A DNA stretch of 64,000 nucleotides from the IMG/VR virus record IMGVR_UViG_3300028920_000002, positions 32,001 to 96,000 of that record; one strand, 5' to 3'. Position 1 is the stretch's first letter. Each line of letters starts with the position of its first letter. The position numbers were made by a program, and so were the translations under genes. The notes under the pieces were generated by a model. That model was given only the letters and a program-made list of their open reading frames with translations, had not been told where the DNA came from and did no database searches. Source of the stretch: a virus. Below are positions 17,326 through 27,339 of this stretch, piece after piece.

Positions 17326-17834
17326 TGTCAGAAGCGCTGCAAGGTGTGGAGAGCGCAACGCCCACTCTACGGGCGTTCGTACATACCGTGCGCCTCTACA
17401 TGAGGGATTTCCCTGAGCTCAACCGGCTCATCGCAGGCGAGGAGAGCACCGACCGGATGATTGGCTGGGCGGTGCTCGACGCGCTCAATGCGTTCAACGG
17501 CACTCCACACGTCACCAACCTGACCCTCGAAGAACTGTTCGCGCGCAACCAGCAGCATCTGATGTTGCGCATGACGGTGATATCGCTCGTCGAGTCGGTG
17601 GGCCTCCTGCAGACGCGCAACCACATCAACTACTCCACCGGTGGCATCAACGTCGGCGTGAACGACAAGACGCCGCTTCTCATGAACTGGCTACAGTACT
17701 TCAAGTCCTACACCGACCAGCTCAAGCAGCAGGTCAAAGTGAGCTTGAACATCGAGGGCATTCTGGGCTCGGACCAAGTGGGTGCCCATAGTGAGTACTG
17801 GGCCGCGAATCTCTCCTACCTCTCGTACTACTGA
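17325..17834 (+). CDS. Head-tail adaptor/neck protein
   Basis: Start overlaps previous stop (TGATG); helical 169 aa with RNHINYSTGGINV; position after capsid gene. Confidence 0.62.
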   Translation: MSEALQGVESATPTLRAFVHTVRLYMRDFPELNRLIAGEESTDRMIGWAVLDALNAFNGTPHVTNLTLEELFARNQQHLMLRMTVISLVESVGLLQTRNHINYSTGGINVGVNDKTPLLMNWLQYFKSYTDQLKQQVKVSLNIEGILGSDQVGAHSEYWAANLSYLSYY

Positions 17835-17840
17835 GGCGTC

Positions 17841-18302
17841 ATGGCGGCTCTCTACACGCGCAAGTTCGGCAAGCTCGAGGACATGCAGCTCTTTCTGCAG
17901 GGCGGCATTCGCGGCGGCAAGAAGGTCGTTCAGCTCGACGGTAAGGTCTTTGGTCTGCACGGCAAGACGCTCGTGTTCAACACCCCGACTGGCACGGTCA
18001 CGTTCGCTGATGCTACCAACGCCGGCCTTACCTACAAGCAAATCGTCGACGAGATTGCCGCTGACGTGACCACTGTCGTGGGTAGATTCGACGGTGATGG
18101 TCGCCTCACCATCTTGGACGCCGACCTCAGCGGCCCCATCGACCTCGACGTTACCGGCACGGCCAACAAAGCTCTAGGCTTCAGTACGGTCAATGACACA
18201 GTCGGAACGCTCTACGCCGCGCCGGATGGTTCGGCTCCACGACTCGTCACCATGGGAGGCAACTCTCAGGGTGATGGCTACCACGTTGTGACGGAGGAGT
18301 GA
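17841..18302 (+). CDS. Virion protein with the sheath-type surface module
   Basis: TLVF...TVTFAD...LTYKQIVDEI...GRLTI...ANKALGF resembles the inserts in the sheath. Confidence 0.65.
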   Translation: MAALYTRKFGKLEDMQLFLQGGIRGGKKVVQLDGKVFGLHGKTLVFNTPTGTVTFADATNAGLTYKQIVDEIAADVTTVVGRFDGDGRLTILDADLSGPIDLDVTGTANKALGFSTVNDTVGTLYAAPDGSAPRLVTMGGNSQGDGYHVVTEE

Positions 18303-20236
18303 TGTCACGCATCGAAGACGCATTGAGACGGGACATCCCTCTGCATGTGGCGGCAGAGTACTTCTCCATGGTGAAGCAGGCTCGTGAGCTCACGATGAAG
18401 GGACGCGAGCAAATCAAGGAGAAGAACTTCGCCATTCCGAAGGGTGATGGGCCAGGAGATACTGGCAAGTACCCCATCCACGATGAGCGCCATGCGAAGA
18501 CCGCGCTCACCTATGTGGAGCAGCACGGCACGCCGGCGGAGAAGGCCAAGGTCTACTCGGCAGTGGCGAAGAAGTACCCAGGTCTCAGCCGCGAATCGAG
18601 CGTTCCTGCACTGCGAGAGAAGGCTCAGGAGAAGAAGGCCGCGGAGGAGAAGAAGGCGCCTATCAAGACGATGCACCCCGGAATCTCGGCGGCCATCGGC
18701 GCGGGTGGTGGTCAGGGAGTTCCTGACCTTGCGGCTGCTGCCTATCAGAAGATGAAGGGCAAGTCGGTTCGTGGAGCCGGCGTCAAGTCCCGCCTCGTAG
18801 GTGGCGCCATCGGTGCAGCTACGTTGGGAGCTGCCGGGTTGGCTGCACGTCGGCAGGAGAAGAAGCATCAGAAGCAGGAGAAGACGGCGGCCGATGAGTC
18901 CGACTCCGAACTGCGAGAGAAGGGACGACAGCGCGCTGTCTCCAGCATGGCCGCCGAGTTCGAGCGGGAGAAGTCCCGTCGGGCAGAGCGCGCCGGCGGC
19001 GCCCTGGGCGCCCTGGGTGGAGCTGCAGCAGGGGCGTTGGCTGGTAAGAAGCTCGTGGGTGGCAAGCTCGGGACGCTTGGTGGGGCGGCTCTCGGTTTGA
19101 CCACCGGGCGGCAGGCCGGCAAGGAGGTCGGCACCGAGGTCGACATCAAGCGGCACGAGAAGACCGCGGCGCTCAGATTCGATGAGGCGGCAGAGGCGCA
19201 GCTGCGCCCCATCGAGGCCGACACGCGTAAGGGTATGGGCAAGCTCTTCCGAGATGCTGGCATCGTGCGTGGGGCCGTACCCTCCGCTCTGGTCAGCGGG
19301 CTGGGAAGCGCTGCCCTCACCGCCGGAATGGGTGGTGGACTACGCGGGGCAGGCCGCGCCGCCGGCGCTGGCGCCCTCGGCGGGCTCGTCTTGGGCGGTC
19401 TCGGCGGTGCTCTGGCCGGGCAGGCCAAGGGGCAGGAGGCAGCCGAGCGCCTCAACGAGATGCGCCGCAACGCCGTCCTGGGGCGGGCCATCCAACAGCA
19501 GGCAGCTGCGCCTCCGCCGGAGGCAGTTCAGGAGCCGGTGAAGGCCGCTGCTGCCCGCATGAAGTTCAAGCTGGCCGCCACCAAGCTGGCCGACGACGGT
19601 GCCATGGGCCAGGAGGCCCCCATGACCTCCCCGACCGCGCCTGAGCTGCAGCCCCAGAACTATCTGGCGGCCGAGCAGATTGGCCAGCAGGCCCAGGACG
19701 CGACCGAGATGGCCTACTACAAGGAGCAGGCCCGTCAGGCTCAGCAGCAGGCGGCCATGGCCTCTCAGCAGGCCGAGGCGACGGCCGCTGCCTCCGCCGA
19801 GGGCCAGGCGCAGGCCCAGCAGCTCCAGCAGCAGGCGATGATGGCTCAGGATGAGGCCACCAAGCAGACCCAGGTGGCCGCCCAGCTACGCATCGCCCTG
19901 CAGGCCCAGCGGGCCAAGCTCATGGACGTGGTGAGCCAAGACCCGACTGAGGCCCTGGCCGCCGAGATTGGGCAGGGGCCGGCGCCGGCGGTGCCGCCGG
20001 GGGCCGAGGAGGCGGGGGCCGCCGCGGGCGCTCCACCGCCGCCCGAGGCCGGTATGCCCCAGCCTCCGCCTTCGGCCGCCGCCGCCAAGGAGATGGAGGA
20101 GGCCGCCCGCGCCCAGAACGACGCCGCCGAGCAGACCGCTCAGGCCGAGGGAGCCGCCCAGGGTGGCCCCGCTGCCGCCCCACCGCCCGGAGGCCCCGCC
20201 GGGCCGCCCGGCGCCGCCCCACCTGCAGGACCGTAG
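18302..20236 (+). CDS. Modular internal head polyprotein (KYPI-type small domain, three glycine zippers, Gln/Ala coiled coil, Pro-rich tail)
   Basis: Modules separated by KQA, EKKA x2, EKTA x2, KAA, KLA x2; GKYPIHDERHAKTALTY...KKYP resembles DUF6582. Confidence 0.72.
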   Translation: MSRIEDALRRDIPLHVAAEYFSMVKQARELTMKGREQIKEKNFAIPKGDGPGDTGKYPIHDERHAKTALTYVEQHGTPAEKAKVYSAVAKKYPGLSRESSVPALREKAQEKKAAEEKKAPIKTMHPGISAAIGAGGGQGVPDLAAAAYQKMKGKSVRGAGVKSRLVGGAIGAATLGAAGLAARRQEKKHQKQEKTAADESDSELREKGRQRAVSSMAAEFEREKSRRAERAGGALGALGGAAAGALAGKKLVGGKLGTLGGAALGLTTGRQAGKEVGTEVDIKRHEKTAALRFDEAAEAQLRPIEADTRKGMGKLFRDAGIVRGAVPSALVSGLGSAALTAGMGGGLRGAGRAAGAGALGGLVLGGLGGALAGQAKGQEAAERLNEMRRNAVLGRAIQQQAAAPPPEAVQEPVKAAAARMKFKLAATKLADDGAMGQEAPMTSPTAPELQPQNYLAAEQIGQQAQDATEMAYYKEQARQAQQQAAMASQQAEATAAASAEGQAQAQQLQQQAMMAQDEATKQTQVAAQLRIALQAQRAKLMDVVSQDPTEALAAEIGQGPAPAVPPGAEEAGAAAGAPPPPEAGMPQPPPSAAAAKEMEEAARAQNDAAEQTAQAEGAAQGGPAAAPPPGGPAGPPGAAPPAGP

Positions 20237-20249
20237 CTAGGAGCCAGTC

Positions 20250-21956
20250 ATGTTGGACCAATTCCTCGAGGTCGCCTACGAGGCACAGCAGAAGAAGGAA
20301 GCTCAGGCCGAGATGGTCGAGGGCTTCAAGAACCTCCCCGAGCGGGAGCTGTTCAAGCTGGCCACCGGTCAGACCAAGCTCGCCATGTACGACGGGGACG
20401 ACTGGCTCGAGAAGTACAAGGACACGGAGCTCTACCCCGAGGCCCTACAGCTCGAGCAGCAGTGCCTGCAGGCCAAGATTCAGCAGGAGCAGAAGCGCTT
20501 GGCCGAGCAGGAGGAGCGGGACTCCAAGCGCGAGGAGCAAGATGAGGAGTGGCGCGCGATGGACGCCATCCGCCTGAAGAAGCGCATCCTCGACCTCAAG
20601 CTCAATCAGGCAGAGCTCGCAGCTCTCGGCTCAGAAGGCGGAGAGGCCGGCGAGGAAGAGGAGTCTGAGGAGGAAGAGGCCGAAGAGGAGGCCGAGGAGC
20701 CTGAGGCTGAAGAGGGCGAGGAAGAAGCCGAGGCCGACAACGCCGCAGTGGCAGCTGATGAGAAGGCTGCTTCAGACATGAAGACTGCAGTGTCTATTGA
20801 TTGGGTGCGTCGCGGCGCTAGGAGTGGTGCCAAGCAAAGGACTCTGAAGGGGGAGGGTGAGAAGCTAGTTCAGTCCATCCGCAAAGCTCGAGCGCCGTCG
20901 CCCAAGAGGCAGGCGGCTAGCAAGGGTCTAGCTGAAGGCATGGTAGAGGCTGCCCGAACCAAGAAGGCGTCAGCGGCTCTCACGAAGGTCGCTCAGCCTC
21001 CGGCGGCGCAATCCATGAACCCCATCAAGGCTCGGCGGGTTGTCCAGCCTCAGCTGGAGGACGTGGCTCTCGACATGGACCTGCCCGAAACCTACACGCC
21101 ACAGGACGTAGAGGCCGGCGGTGCGCTGCTCGGTGAGAACATCGCAGCTCAGCGGGGAAAGCTCCAAGAGCAGGCTCAGTACGCCCAAGAGCATCCGGTG
21201 ATGAACAAGCTGAAGGGCGCGGTGCCCGGCGCTGTGATTGGCGGGGTGGGCGGTGGCCTAATCGGTGCAAGTACGGGAGGTACGGGCAAGCAGATGTTGG
21301 CTCGGGGAGCCATCGGTGCTGGCCTCGGCGCGCTCGGCATGGGAGGAATCACCGCTGCCGCCACTCCCGGCGCCGCGAAGCGTCAGGAGACGGCGGGTGA
21401 GTACGAGGCTGCTGAGCAGGCGCTCACGCCAGAGCTGCGGCAGGCCCTGGTAGAGCGTGAGCTCAAGGATTGGGGAGCTGAGCAGGCGCACAACCGGGCT
21501 CTTGCTTTGGCAGAGGCTCGAGCACCTCGTACGAACATCTCGCAGACGACGCGCAACGTCATGCGTCCGCCGTACGCTGCGGAGGATGAGGACGAAGGGG
21601 ACTACCGGTATGCGTCCGCTCAGCTCAAGCTCGCGGCGGCGAAGATTCGCATGCGCCAAGAGATGGAGAAGGAGGCGTGGGGCCCGGTGCTGGCGGCGAT
21701 GGGCAAGGGCCTGCAGGGCATGGGGCAGTTCGCTGCCAAATCCGGCCGTCAACTCGGTGGTGCCATCAGCCGTGGCGCCAAGGCAGGTACGGTAGCGCCG
21801 GTAGGCCGCACCCTGGGTAGGCAGGCGCAGGCTGGAATGATGCGCGCAGGCCAGTGGGCGGCGAAGAATCCCAAGGCTGCCCTAGGTATTGCTGGCGCCG
21901 GCGCGCTGGGCGTTGGTGGTCTGGGGTACATGGCAGGCCGCGGCTCCAACCAGTAG
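20250..21956 (+). CDS. Modular internal head polyprotein (coiled coil, acidic tract, glycine zippers)
   Basis: RBS AGGAG; KLA x3, KTA, KKA, KVA, KEA motifs; two Gly-zipper segments. Confidence 0.72.
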   Translation: MLDQFLEVAYEAQQKKEAQAEMVEGFKNLPERELFKLATGQTKLAMYDGDDWLEKYKDTELYPEALQLEQQCLQAKIQQEQKRLAEQEERDSKREEQDEEWRAMDAIRLKKRILDLKLNQAELAALGSEGGEAGEEEESEEEEAEEEAEEPEAEEGEEEAEADNAAVAADEKAASDMKTAVSIDWVRRGARSGAKQRTLKGEGEKLVQSIRKARAPSPKRQAASKGLAEGMVEAARTKKASAALTKVAQPPAAQSMNPIKARRVVQPQLEDVALDMDLPETYTPQDVEAGGALLGENIAAQRGKLQEQAQYAQEHPVMNKLKGAVPGAVIGGVGGGLIGASTGGTGKQMLARGAIGAGLGALGMGGITAAATPGAAKRQETAGEYEAAEQALTPELRQALVERELKDWGAEQAHNRALALAEARAPRTNISQTTRNVMRPPYAAEDEDEGDYRYASAQLKLAAAKIRMRQEMEKEAWGPVLAAMGKGLQGMGQFAAKSGRQLGGAISRGAKAGTVAPVGRTLGRQAQAGMMRAGQWAAKNPKAALGIAGAGALGVGGLGYMAGRGSNQ

Positions 21957-21969
21957 GAGATGCATTTGA

Positions 21970-22860
21970 GTGCCCTGCCTGAAGGTCATCAACATCAAGG
22001 TTCGGTCTCTGTCGGTCGAGTACAACGAGGTCTCTTGGGAACTCGAGCCGACCAGCGAAGACGCCCTTGACTACACCTTCGAGGTGTTGAGGTCCGAAGG
22101 ACCTGAGGGACCTTTTGCGCCAGTTGCTCCTCCATTCGACGACCAGTACATCTTCGTCGACAACATCATCAAGAGCGCGAATCGACACCGTCAGTACTTC
22201 TACAAGGTGCGAATCACCAGCAAAATGTCTGGTGATTCCGAGGAGTTCGGACCTGCATCTCTCGGCGCAGATGCAGAGCTGGTGACGATTGAACTGCGCA
22301 CTCACATGAACCTCTTGTTCAAGGAGTACGCGGGTCGGTTGTGCTGGCTGCTGCCGGTGCGCACCTTCGGGCAGCGCTGCACGTGCTTCAACGAGACGCT
22401 GCAGCGTCGCACGCGTTCTGGCTGCCGTACCTGCTACGACACCGGCTTCGTCCGTGGGTACATGCACCCCATCGAGTTCTGGGCGCAGTTCGACCCCAGC
22501 CCCAAGGCAGAGCAGGAGACCAGCCTCGGTAAGCTCGAGCAGAGCAACACCACCCTACGCTTCGGCTATTGGCCACCGGCCAAGCCTGGCGACCTCATCA
22601 TCGAGAGCGAGAATCGACGGTGGAGAGTGGTGCAGGTCAGCTCGACGCAGCACAATCGAAGCGTGGTCCATCAGGAAGTCCAGGTCCACGAGGTTCCCAA
22701 GAGCGACATCGAGTACCTCATTGAGCTGCAGCTCGATAAGGCGCTGCGCGACATCACGAGCTCGCCCCCACGCAACTTCACCAACCCACACAACCTCGAA
22801 GCTTTCGAGGACGAGCACATCCCAGCCATCTACGACCTCTACTCCGGGTGCAGCCGATGA
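21970..22860 (+). CDS. Neck/head-closure protein with Ig-like N-terminus and Cys4 Zn module
   Basis: GQRCTC...GCRTCYDTGFVRGY; PGDLIIE...RWRV beta-barrel-type C-terminus. Confidence 0.62.
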   Translation: MPCLKVINIKVRSLSVEYNEVSWELEPTSEDALDYTFEVLRSEGPEGPFAPVAPPFDDQYIFVDNIIKSANRHRQYFYKVRITSKMSGDSEEFGPASLGADAELVTIELRTHMNLLFKEYAGRLCWLLPVRTFGQRCTCFNETLQRRTRSGCRTCYDTGFVRGYMHPIEFWAQFDPSPKAEQETSLGKLEQSNTTLRFGYWPPAKPGDLIIESENRRWRVVQVSSTQHNRSVVHQEVQVHEVPKSDIEYLIELQLDKALRDITSSPPRNFTNPHNLEAFEDEHIPAIYDLYSGCSR

Positions 22861-23228
22861 CTGCGTCAGTTCAGTACAGCGCTATGGCTGATGAGCTCAC
22901 CAAGATAGCTCAGCAGCCACAGGATGCAGCATCGAGTCCGCTTGAGGAGCAGAAACTTCCTCCGCACCCGGCACTCACCGCTGGTAAGGGAGCTCTGGGC
23001 TTCGGCGCCGGTCTGGGAGCTGGCTACCTGGGAGCGAAGGGGCTCGACCTGGCCATGGGTGGCCCAGGCAAACTGGCACCATGGGGGCTCAAGGCGGCGC
23101 CTGTACTCACCGGTCTTGGCGGACTGGCCTACATGCACTCTCAGGGCGTCACGCTCGACAAGATGCGCGAGGACGCTGCTGTGCGCCGGCGCATGAAGGA
23201 GGCTCAGCGTGGTCGCGTCAATTCCTGA
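22857..23228 (+). CDS. Small membrane-helix protein with DELxKIA leader
   Basis: ATGA overlap; AMADELTKIA then two Gly-rich hydrophobic segments. Confidence 0.7.
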   Translation: MTASVQYSAMADELTKIAQQPQDAASSPLEEQKLPPHPALTAGKGALGFGAGLGAGYLGAKGLDLAMGGPGKLAPWGLKAAPVLTGLGGLAYMHSQGVTLDKMREDAAVRRRMKEAQRGRVNS

Positions 23229-24141
23229 GACGCGGGCGCTGTCTGCCTTCCCGGGCAGCAGCTTCAAGTACGGACCGCTCATGCATGTCCGCTACTTGTT
23301 CATCAGGTTCTGTCAAGGCTTGTTCCACGCGGCGCCGGAGAACTGCTACCACTGGGTAGAAGACCAGCACACCACCGAAATCTTCATCGCTGACGAAGAG
23401 ACGCTCAACCCGGAAGTCATCGCCAAGCGGCCCGGCATCTCCTTCACTCGAGGCCCAGTGCAGTTCTACTCGCTCGGCATCGACGACATGCAGGAGTACG
23501 ACTTCAGCTTGGATAAGAAGACCAAGGGTGTCCTCATTCCGGGCACGATGACCATCAACTGCTGCTCCAGAGTGCCCATCGAAAGCGAGCACATCGCATG
23601 GGTTGTCGCCGAACATCTGTGGCTTCTTCGACACCTCATGATGAGAGCTGGATTCTTCGAGATTGCCCGAGGAATTCAAGTCGGTGCGCCTTCAGCGGCT
23701 GGCTCCATCATCGCGCAAGACCGCGGTGAGGAGTTCACTTGTACGCCGGTGAGCGTGCCCTTCCAGTTCGCACGTACTTCTTCCTACACCCCGCTGGGCA
23801 AGGAAATCGTCAACAACATCGACATGAACTTGAGAGTCCGTAGGGGTTTGCCCATACAGAGTCTCGGTCCCGCACAAGCTGGACACGAGTATCCCATGGG
23901 TGTCTATACCTGCCAGCCGGAGTCATTTGCGCCTAACGCCGCCGACCTCCAGCGGGATGAAGACCTGCCCAAGATTCCTCACCCGCTCAATCCGGCAAAG
24001 ACCGTGAGAGTCCGCGTTGTTCGGCCCCATCGGGCGGGTACCAGACTCATCCAACGCCAGGGCGCCACTATTCCCATAGTGCGGCCCTGCGTGGAACAAT
24101 CGAACTCGCAATCAGCCCCAGTGTTTACGCAGCAAGGCTAG
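23209..24141 (+). CDS. Tail terminator/completion protein (putative)
   Basis: 310 aa, immediately before the sheath; alpha/beta pattern typical of tail terminators. Confidence 0.55.
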   Translation: MVASIPETRALSAFPGSSFKYGPLMHVRYLFIRFCQGLFHAAPENCYHWVEDQHTTEIFIADEETLNPEVIAKRPGISFTRGPVQFYSLGIDDMQEYDFSLDKKTKGVLIPGTMTINCCSRVPIESEHIAWVVAEHLWLLRHLMMRAGFFEIARGIQVGAPSAAGSIIAQDRGEEFTCTPVSVPFQFARTSSYTPLGKEIVNNIDMNLRVRRGLPIQSLGPAQAGHEYPMGVYTCQPESFAPNAADLQRDEDLPKIPHPLNPAKTVRVRVVRPHRAGTRLIQRQGATIPIVRPCVEQSNSQSAPVFTQQG

Positions 24142-24156
24142 AGAAAGGAGCCCGCA

Positions 24157-27100
24157 GTGGCCGCAGAACAGCTTGCACGCCCCGGCGTAGAGGTCATCCA
24201 GGAGTTCCGCACGGTCACTCCTTCTGTCATCACGCCTACGCTCAATCCCTGTGTGGTCGGTGTGGCGAAGCAGCTCGTGGAGGTGCTTCAGTCCGATGGG
24301 GCTGGTGGCTCCGAGCTCAACCCGGATGCGCTCATCACCCTACCCGGCTTCTTCATCGCGTCGGCCGGCAGCGGTAGCCCCGTGGTCTACGGTGGATTGG
24401 ACGGCCTGGCGCTGGCCCTGTCCATCAATGAAGGCCCGGTAGTGACCATCACCTTCGCCGACCCAACGGCGACCGGACTGACCCCAGCGACGGTGGTCAA
24501 CGCCATCAACCAGCAGTTCACTCAGGATGGCATCACTTCGGCCATCGCAGAGACGGTGGGCACTGACCGCTTCCAGGTGCGCACTACGGGGGTCGGCGAG
24601 TTCCAGAACATCTTCGTCGACTCGACTACCGCTCAGGCAGTGGCGGACGCGTTCGGTATCGGTCTGCAGAAGACCTATCAGGGGCTGACCAGCTACAACC
24701 AGTACATCGTCACCGTCCCGGAAATCGCCTTCCCGGACCCGCGTGACAACCTCGACGAGCTCGCCATCCAGAAGGACACCATCCGGGTCTTCCTGTACCA
24801 GGGTAGCGGCACTGGGCTACAGGAGGTCAAGCGGGACGAGAGCTTCCTACGTCGCGGTGAGGTGAACGACCAGGCCAGCTTCACCAGTACCATCGCTGGC
24901 CCGCCGACGTACCCGACGGACTTCTATGACAAGACCGTGCGCATCCTGGTGGATGGGGTGCTGCAGGTCTACACGTTCCCGGGTTCTGGTACGGCCCCGG
25001 CCGACGCCGACGCTGTGGCCACACTGCTCAGCGCTGGTTTCAGCGGTGTGACGGTGACCAACTTGGCCGGCGTTCTGACTTGGACGCGCGACGACGGTGG
25101 CTACGCCAACACCATCGCTGTGGATGGCACGGCCGGTACTGCCCACACCATCCTTGGTCTGACGACTCAGAGCTCCGCAGGCATCTCCATCCGAGCCATC
25201 GACGATGGCAACGGTGATGCCGTCACTCCGCTGCTGCAGTTCGACGGGGCATCTCCGCAGGACTTCACCGCCACTGGCGCACCCGCCACGGCGGCCGTCC
25301 TGGCCGGTACCGGTGTGGTGACCTACGGCAACATCAGTGCCGGTGACACCCTCGTCATCTCCGATGGCAACCAGGAGCAGACCATCACCTTCCTGGGCAC
25401 GGAGACGAGCATCGATGGTGGCTCCCCCGACATGAAGACCACCATCGAGGCGGTGGTGGGACCGGCTGCCGGAGGCAAGATTACCGTCGATGACGCTGGC
25501 ACCGACCAGCTACGGCTCACCCACTCAGACCTCGGCGAGGAGTCGTACATCAAGCTGGTGGGTGGCACGGTCAGCTTCGCTGACCTGGACGATGATGCCA
25601 CCCCGACGTTGTACGCCGGCGTCACGGCCAACGGCGACCCGTTCGCCCCGCAGCCGGGTGACCACCTGTACATCGACGGGTTGTTCTACGCCACCATCAC
25701 CAAGGTCGCCCCAGGCGGAGCTGGTAACGAGGACGTGCTGAAGATTGACCGTCAGGTCCCCATCAGCAACAACATCGGCCGCCGGTTCTACATCATCTCG
25801 CAGGACATCGTCCCCGGGGATGCCGCCATCGGCGTGACCATCCCGACACCGGACCTGACGGTGGATGCAGAAGGCAACGTCATCCTCAAGCACAACCTGC
25901 TGCGGGACACCACCGGCGCGCCCATCAGTGGCAAGGCGCCCATCTACCTGTCGTACACCGCCGTGCGTCAGGATGTGACGGCTCTGGCCAGCAACCCGGG
26001 CTTGCTGCGTTTCGACACCACGACTGAGCTCGACTCGGCTCTGGAGCCCATCAACACCGACAACCCGTTGGCGTTGGGGTTGTACTACGCGATGATTAAC
26101 GCCGCTGGCATCCAGGTGACCGGTCTGGGCGTGGACGAAATCAGCGCGGACAGCCCGTTCGGTACGGTGGAGGCATTCACCCGGGCGGCGGAGTACCTCG
26201 AGGGCTACGAAGTGTACGCCCTGGCTCCGCTCACCCACGACCGAACGGTCGCCGAGGTGTTCAACACCCACGTCAACTTCATGAGCGAGCCCGAGAGCAA
26301 GGGTGAGCGTATCGTCATCTGGAACCCGGAGGTTCCGACCAACCGCAACGACACGCTGGTCGCCTCGGGCACCGACGGCGACGGTCTGACCACCACCACC
26401 TTTGACACCAAGGTGGTCAACCTCAGCGCGCTGCTCCTGAACGCCGGCGTGGATGCCACCGGCACCATCCCGGTCAGTGATGGAGTCCTCCTCGACATCG
26501 CCAGCGATGCCAAGCGCTACAGCGTGGAGAGCGTCAGCGGCGGCGTGGTGACCATCCGTACGGTCTTCAACGCCGGCGAGAACGATGACGGCTACTACAG
26601 CACTACCGCCCTCACCCTGCCTCTCATCAGCGAAGCCTTCGCGATTCGTGTACGAGGCACCGCGCTGGTCACGGCAGCTGGTACGGCAGACAAGGATGCC
26701 ATCGCGGAGACCGTGGCCACGACCGGCCAGGCATTCCAGAACCGTCGGTTCTGGATGACCTTCCCGGACCAGGCGGCGGCCACCATCGAAGGGCTCGAGC
26801 AGCTCGTCAACGGCTTCTACATGAACGCGGCCATCGCGGGCATGATTGGCCAGCAGCCTCCGCAGCAGTCCTTCACCAACTTCCCGATGACCGGCTTCAC
26901 CCGGGTCATCGGGTCGCAGGACACCTTCAACGACCGGCAGCTCAACGTGATGGCCGGCGGCGGCGCCTACATCATCGTGCAGGACGCTGAGGGCGCCCCG
27001 CTCATCAGCCGGATGGCTCTGACCACCGACCTGACGAGCATCGAGACCCGGACTGACTCCATCACCAAGGTCGTGGACTTCACCGCGAAGTTCATGCGCC

Positions 27101-27330
27101 GGGGCCTGCGGAGTTTCATCGGCCGGTTCAACATCACGCAGGGCTTCCTGGACACTCTCGGCTCCGTCATCCAGGGCCTGCTCGGCTTCTTGGTGGAGAC
27201 GGGCGTGCTCATCGGTGGCAACCTGAACAACCTGGTGCAGGACGAAGATGCCCGGGACACCGTCCTCATCGACGTCTCGCTCGACCCACCCTACCCCTGC
27301 AACTACATCCGCCTGACGCTGGTGGTGTGA
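24157..27330 (+). CDS. Contractile tail sheath protein with inserted surface domains (1057 aa)
   Basis: RBS AAGGAG; N-terminal RPGVEVIQE, C-terminal KVVDFTAKFMRR...DVSLDPPYPCNYIRLTLVV sheath signature. Confidence 0.9.
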   Translation: MAAEQLARPGVEVIQEFRTVTPSVITPTLNPCVVGVAKQLVEVLQSDGAGGSELNPDALITLPGFFIASAGSGSPVVYGGLDGLALALSINEGPVVTITFADPTATGLTPATVVNAINQQFTQDGITSAIAETVGTDRFQVRTTGVGEFQNIFVDSTTAQAVADAFGIGLQKTYQGLTSYNQYIVTVPEIAFPDPRDNLDELAIQKDTIRVFLYQGSGTGLQEVKRDESFLRRGEVNDQASFTSTIAGPPTYPTDFYDKTVRILVDGVLQVYTFPGSGTAPADADAVATLLSAGFSGVTVTNLAGVLTWTRDDGGYANTIAVDGTAGTAHTILGLTTQSSAGISIRAIDDGNGDAVTPLLQFDGASPQDFTATGAPATAAVLAGTGVVTYGNISAGDTLVISDGNQEQTITFLGTETSIDGGSPDMKTTIEAVVGPAAGGKITVDDAGTDQLRLTHSDLGEESYIKLVGGTVSFADLDDDATPTLYAGVTANGDPFAPQPGDHLYIDGLFYATITKVAPGGAGNEDVLKIDRQVPISNNIGRRFYIISQDIVPGDAAIGVTIPTPDLTVDAEGNVILKHNLLRDTTGAPISGKAPIYLSYTAVRQDVTALASNPGLLRFDTTTELDSALEPINTDNPLALGLYYAMINAAGIQVTGLGVDEISADSPFGTVEAFTRAAEYLEGYEVYALAPLTHDRTVAEVFNTHVNFMSEPESKGERIVIWNPEVPTNRNDTLVASGTDGDGLTTTTFDTKVVNLSALLLNAGVDATGTIPVSDGVLLDIASDAKRYSVESVSGGVVTIRTVFNAGENDDGYYSTTALTLPLISEAFAIRVRGTALVTAAGTADKDAIAETVATTGQAFQNRRFWMTFPDQAAATIEGLEQLVNGFYMNAAIAGMIGQQPPQQSFTNFPMTGFTRVIGSQDTFNDRQLNVMAGGGAYIIVQDAEGAPLISRMALTTDLTSIETRTDSITKVVDFTAKFMRRGLRSFIGRFNITQGFLDTLGSVIQGLLGFLVETGVLIGGNLNNLVQDEDARDTVLIDVSLDPPYPCNYIRLTLVV

Positions 27331-27339
27331 GGCCCCCCG

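Noticed and set aside
19700-20740. Tandem DNA repeats in the CAG/GCC-rich and GAG/GAA-rich tracts
   Set aside because: Explained by low-complexity Gln/Ala/Pro and Glu-rich coding sequence; no fixed repeat unit
23508-23520. GGATAAGAA resembling the GGGATAA box on the plus strand
   Set aside because: Encodes L-D-K-K inside a gene, opposite orientation, no nearby start
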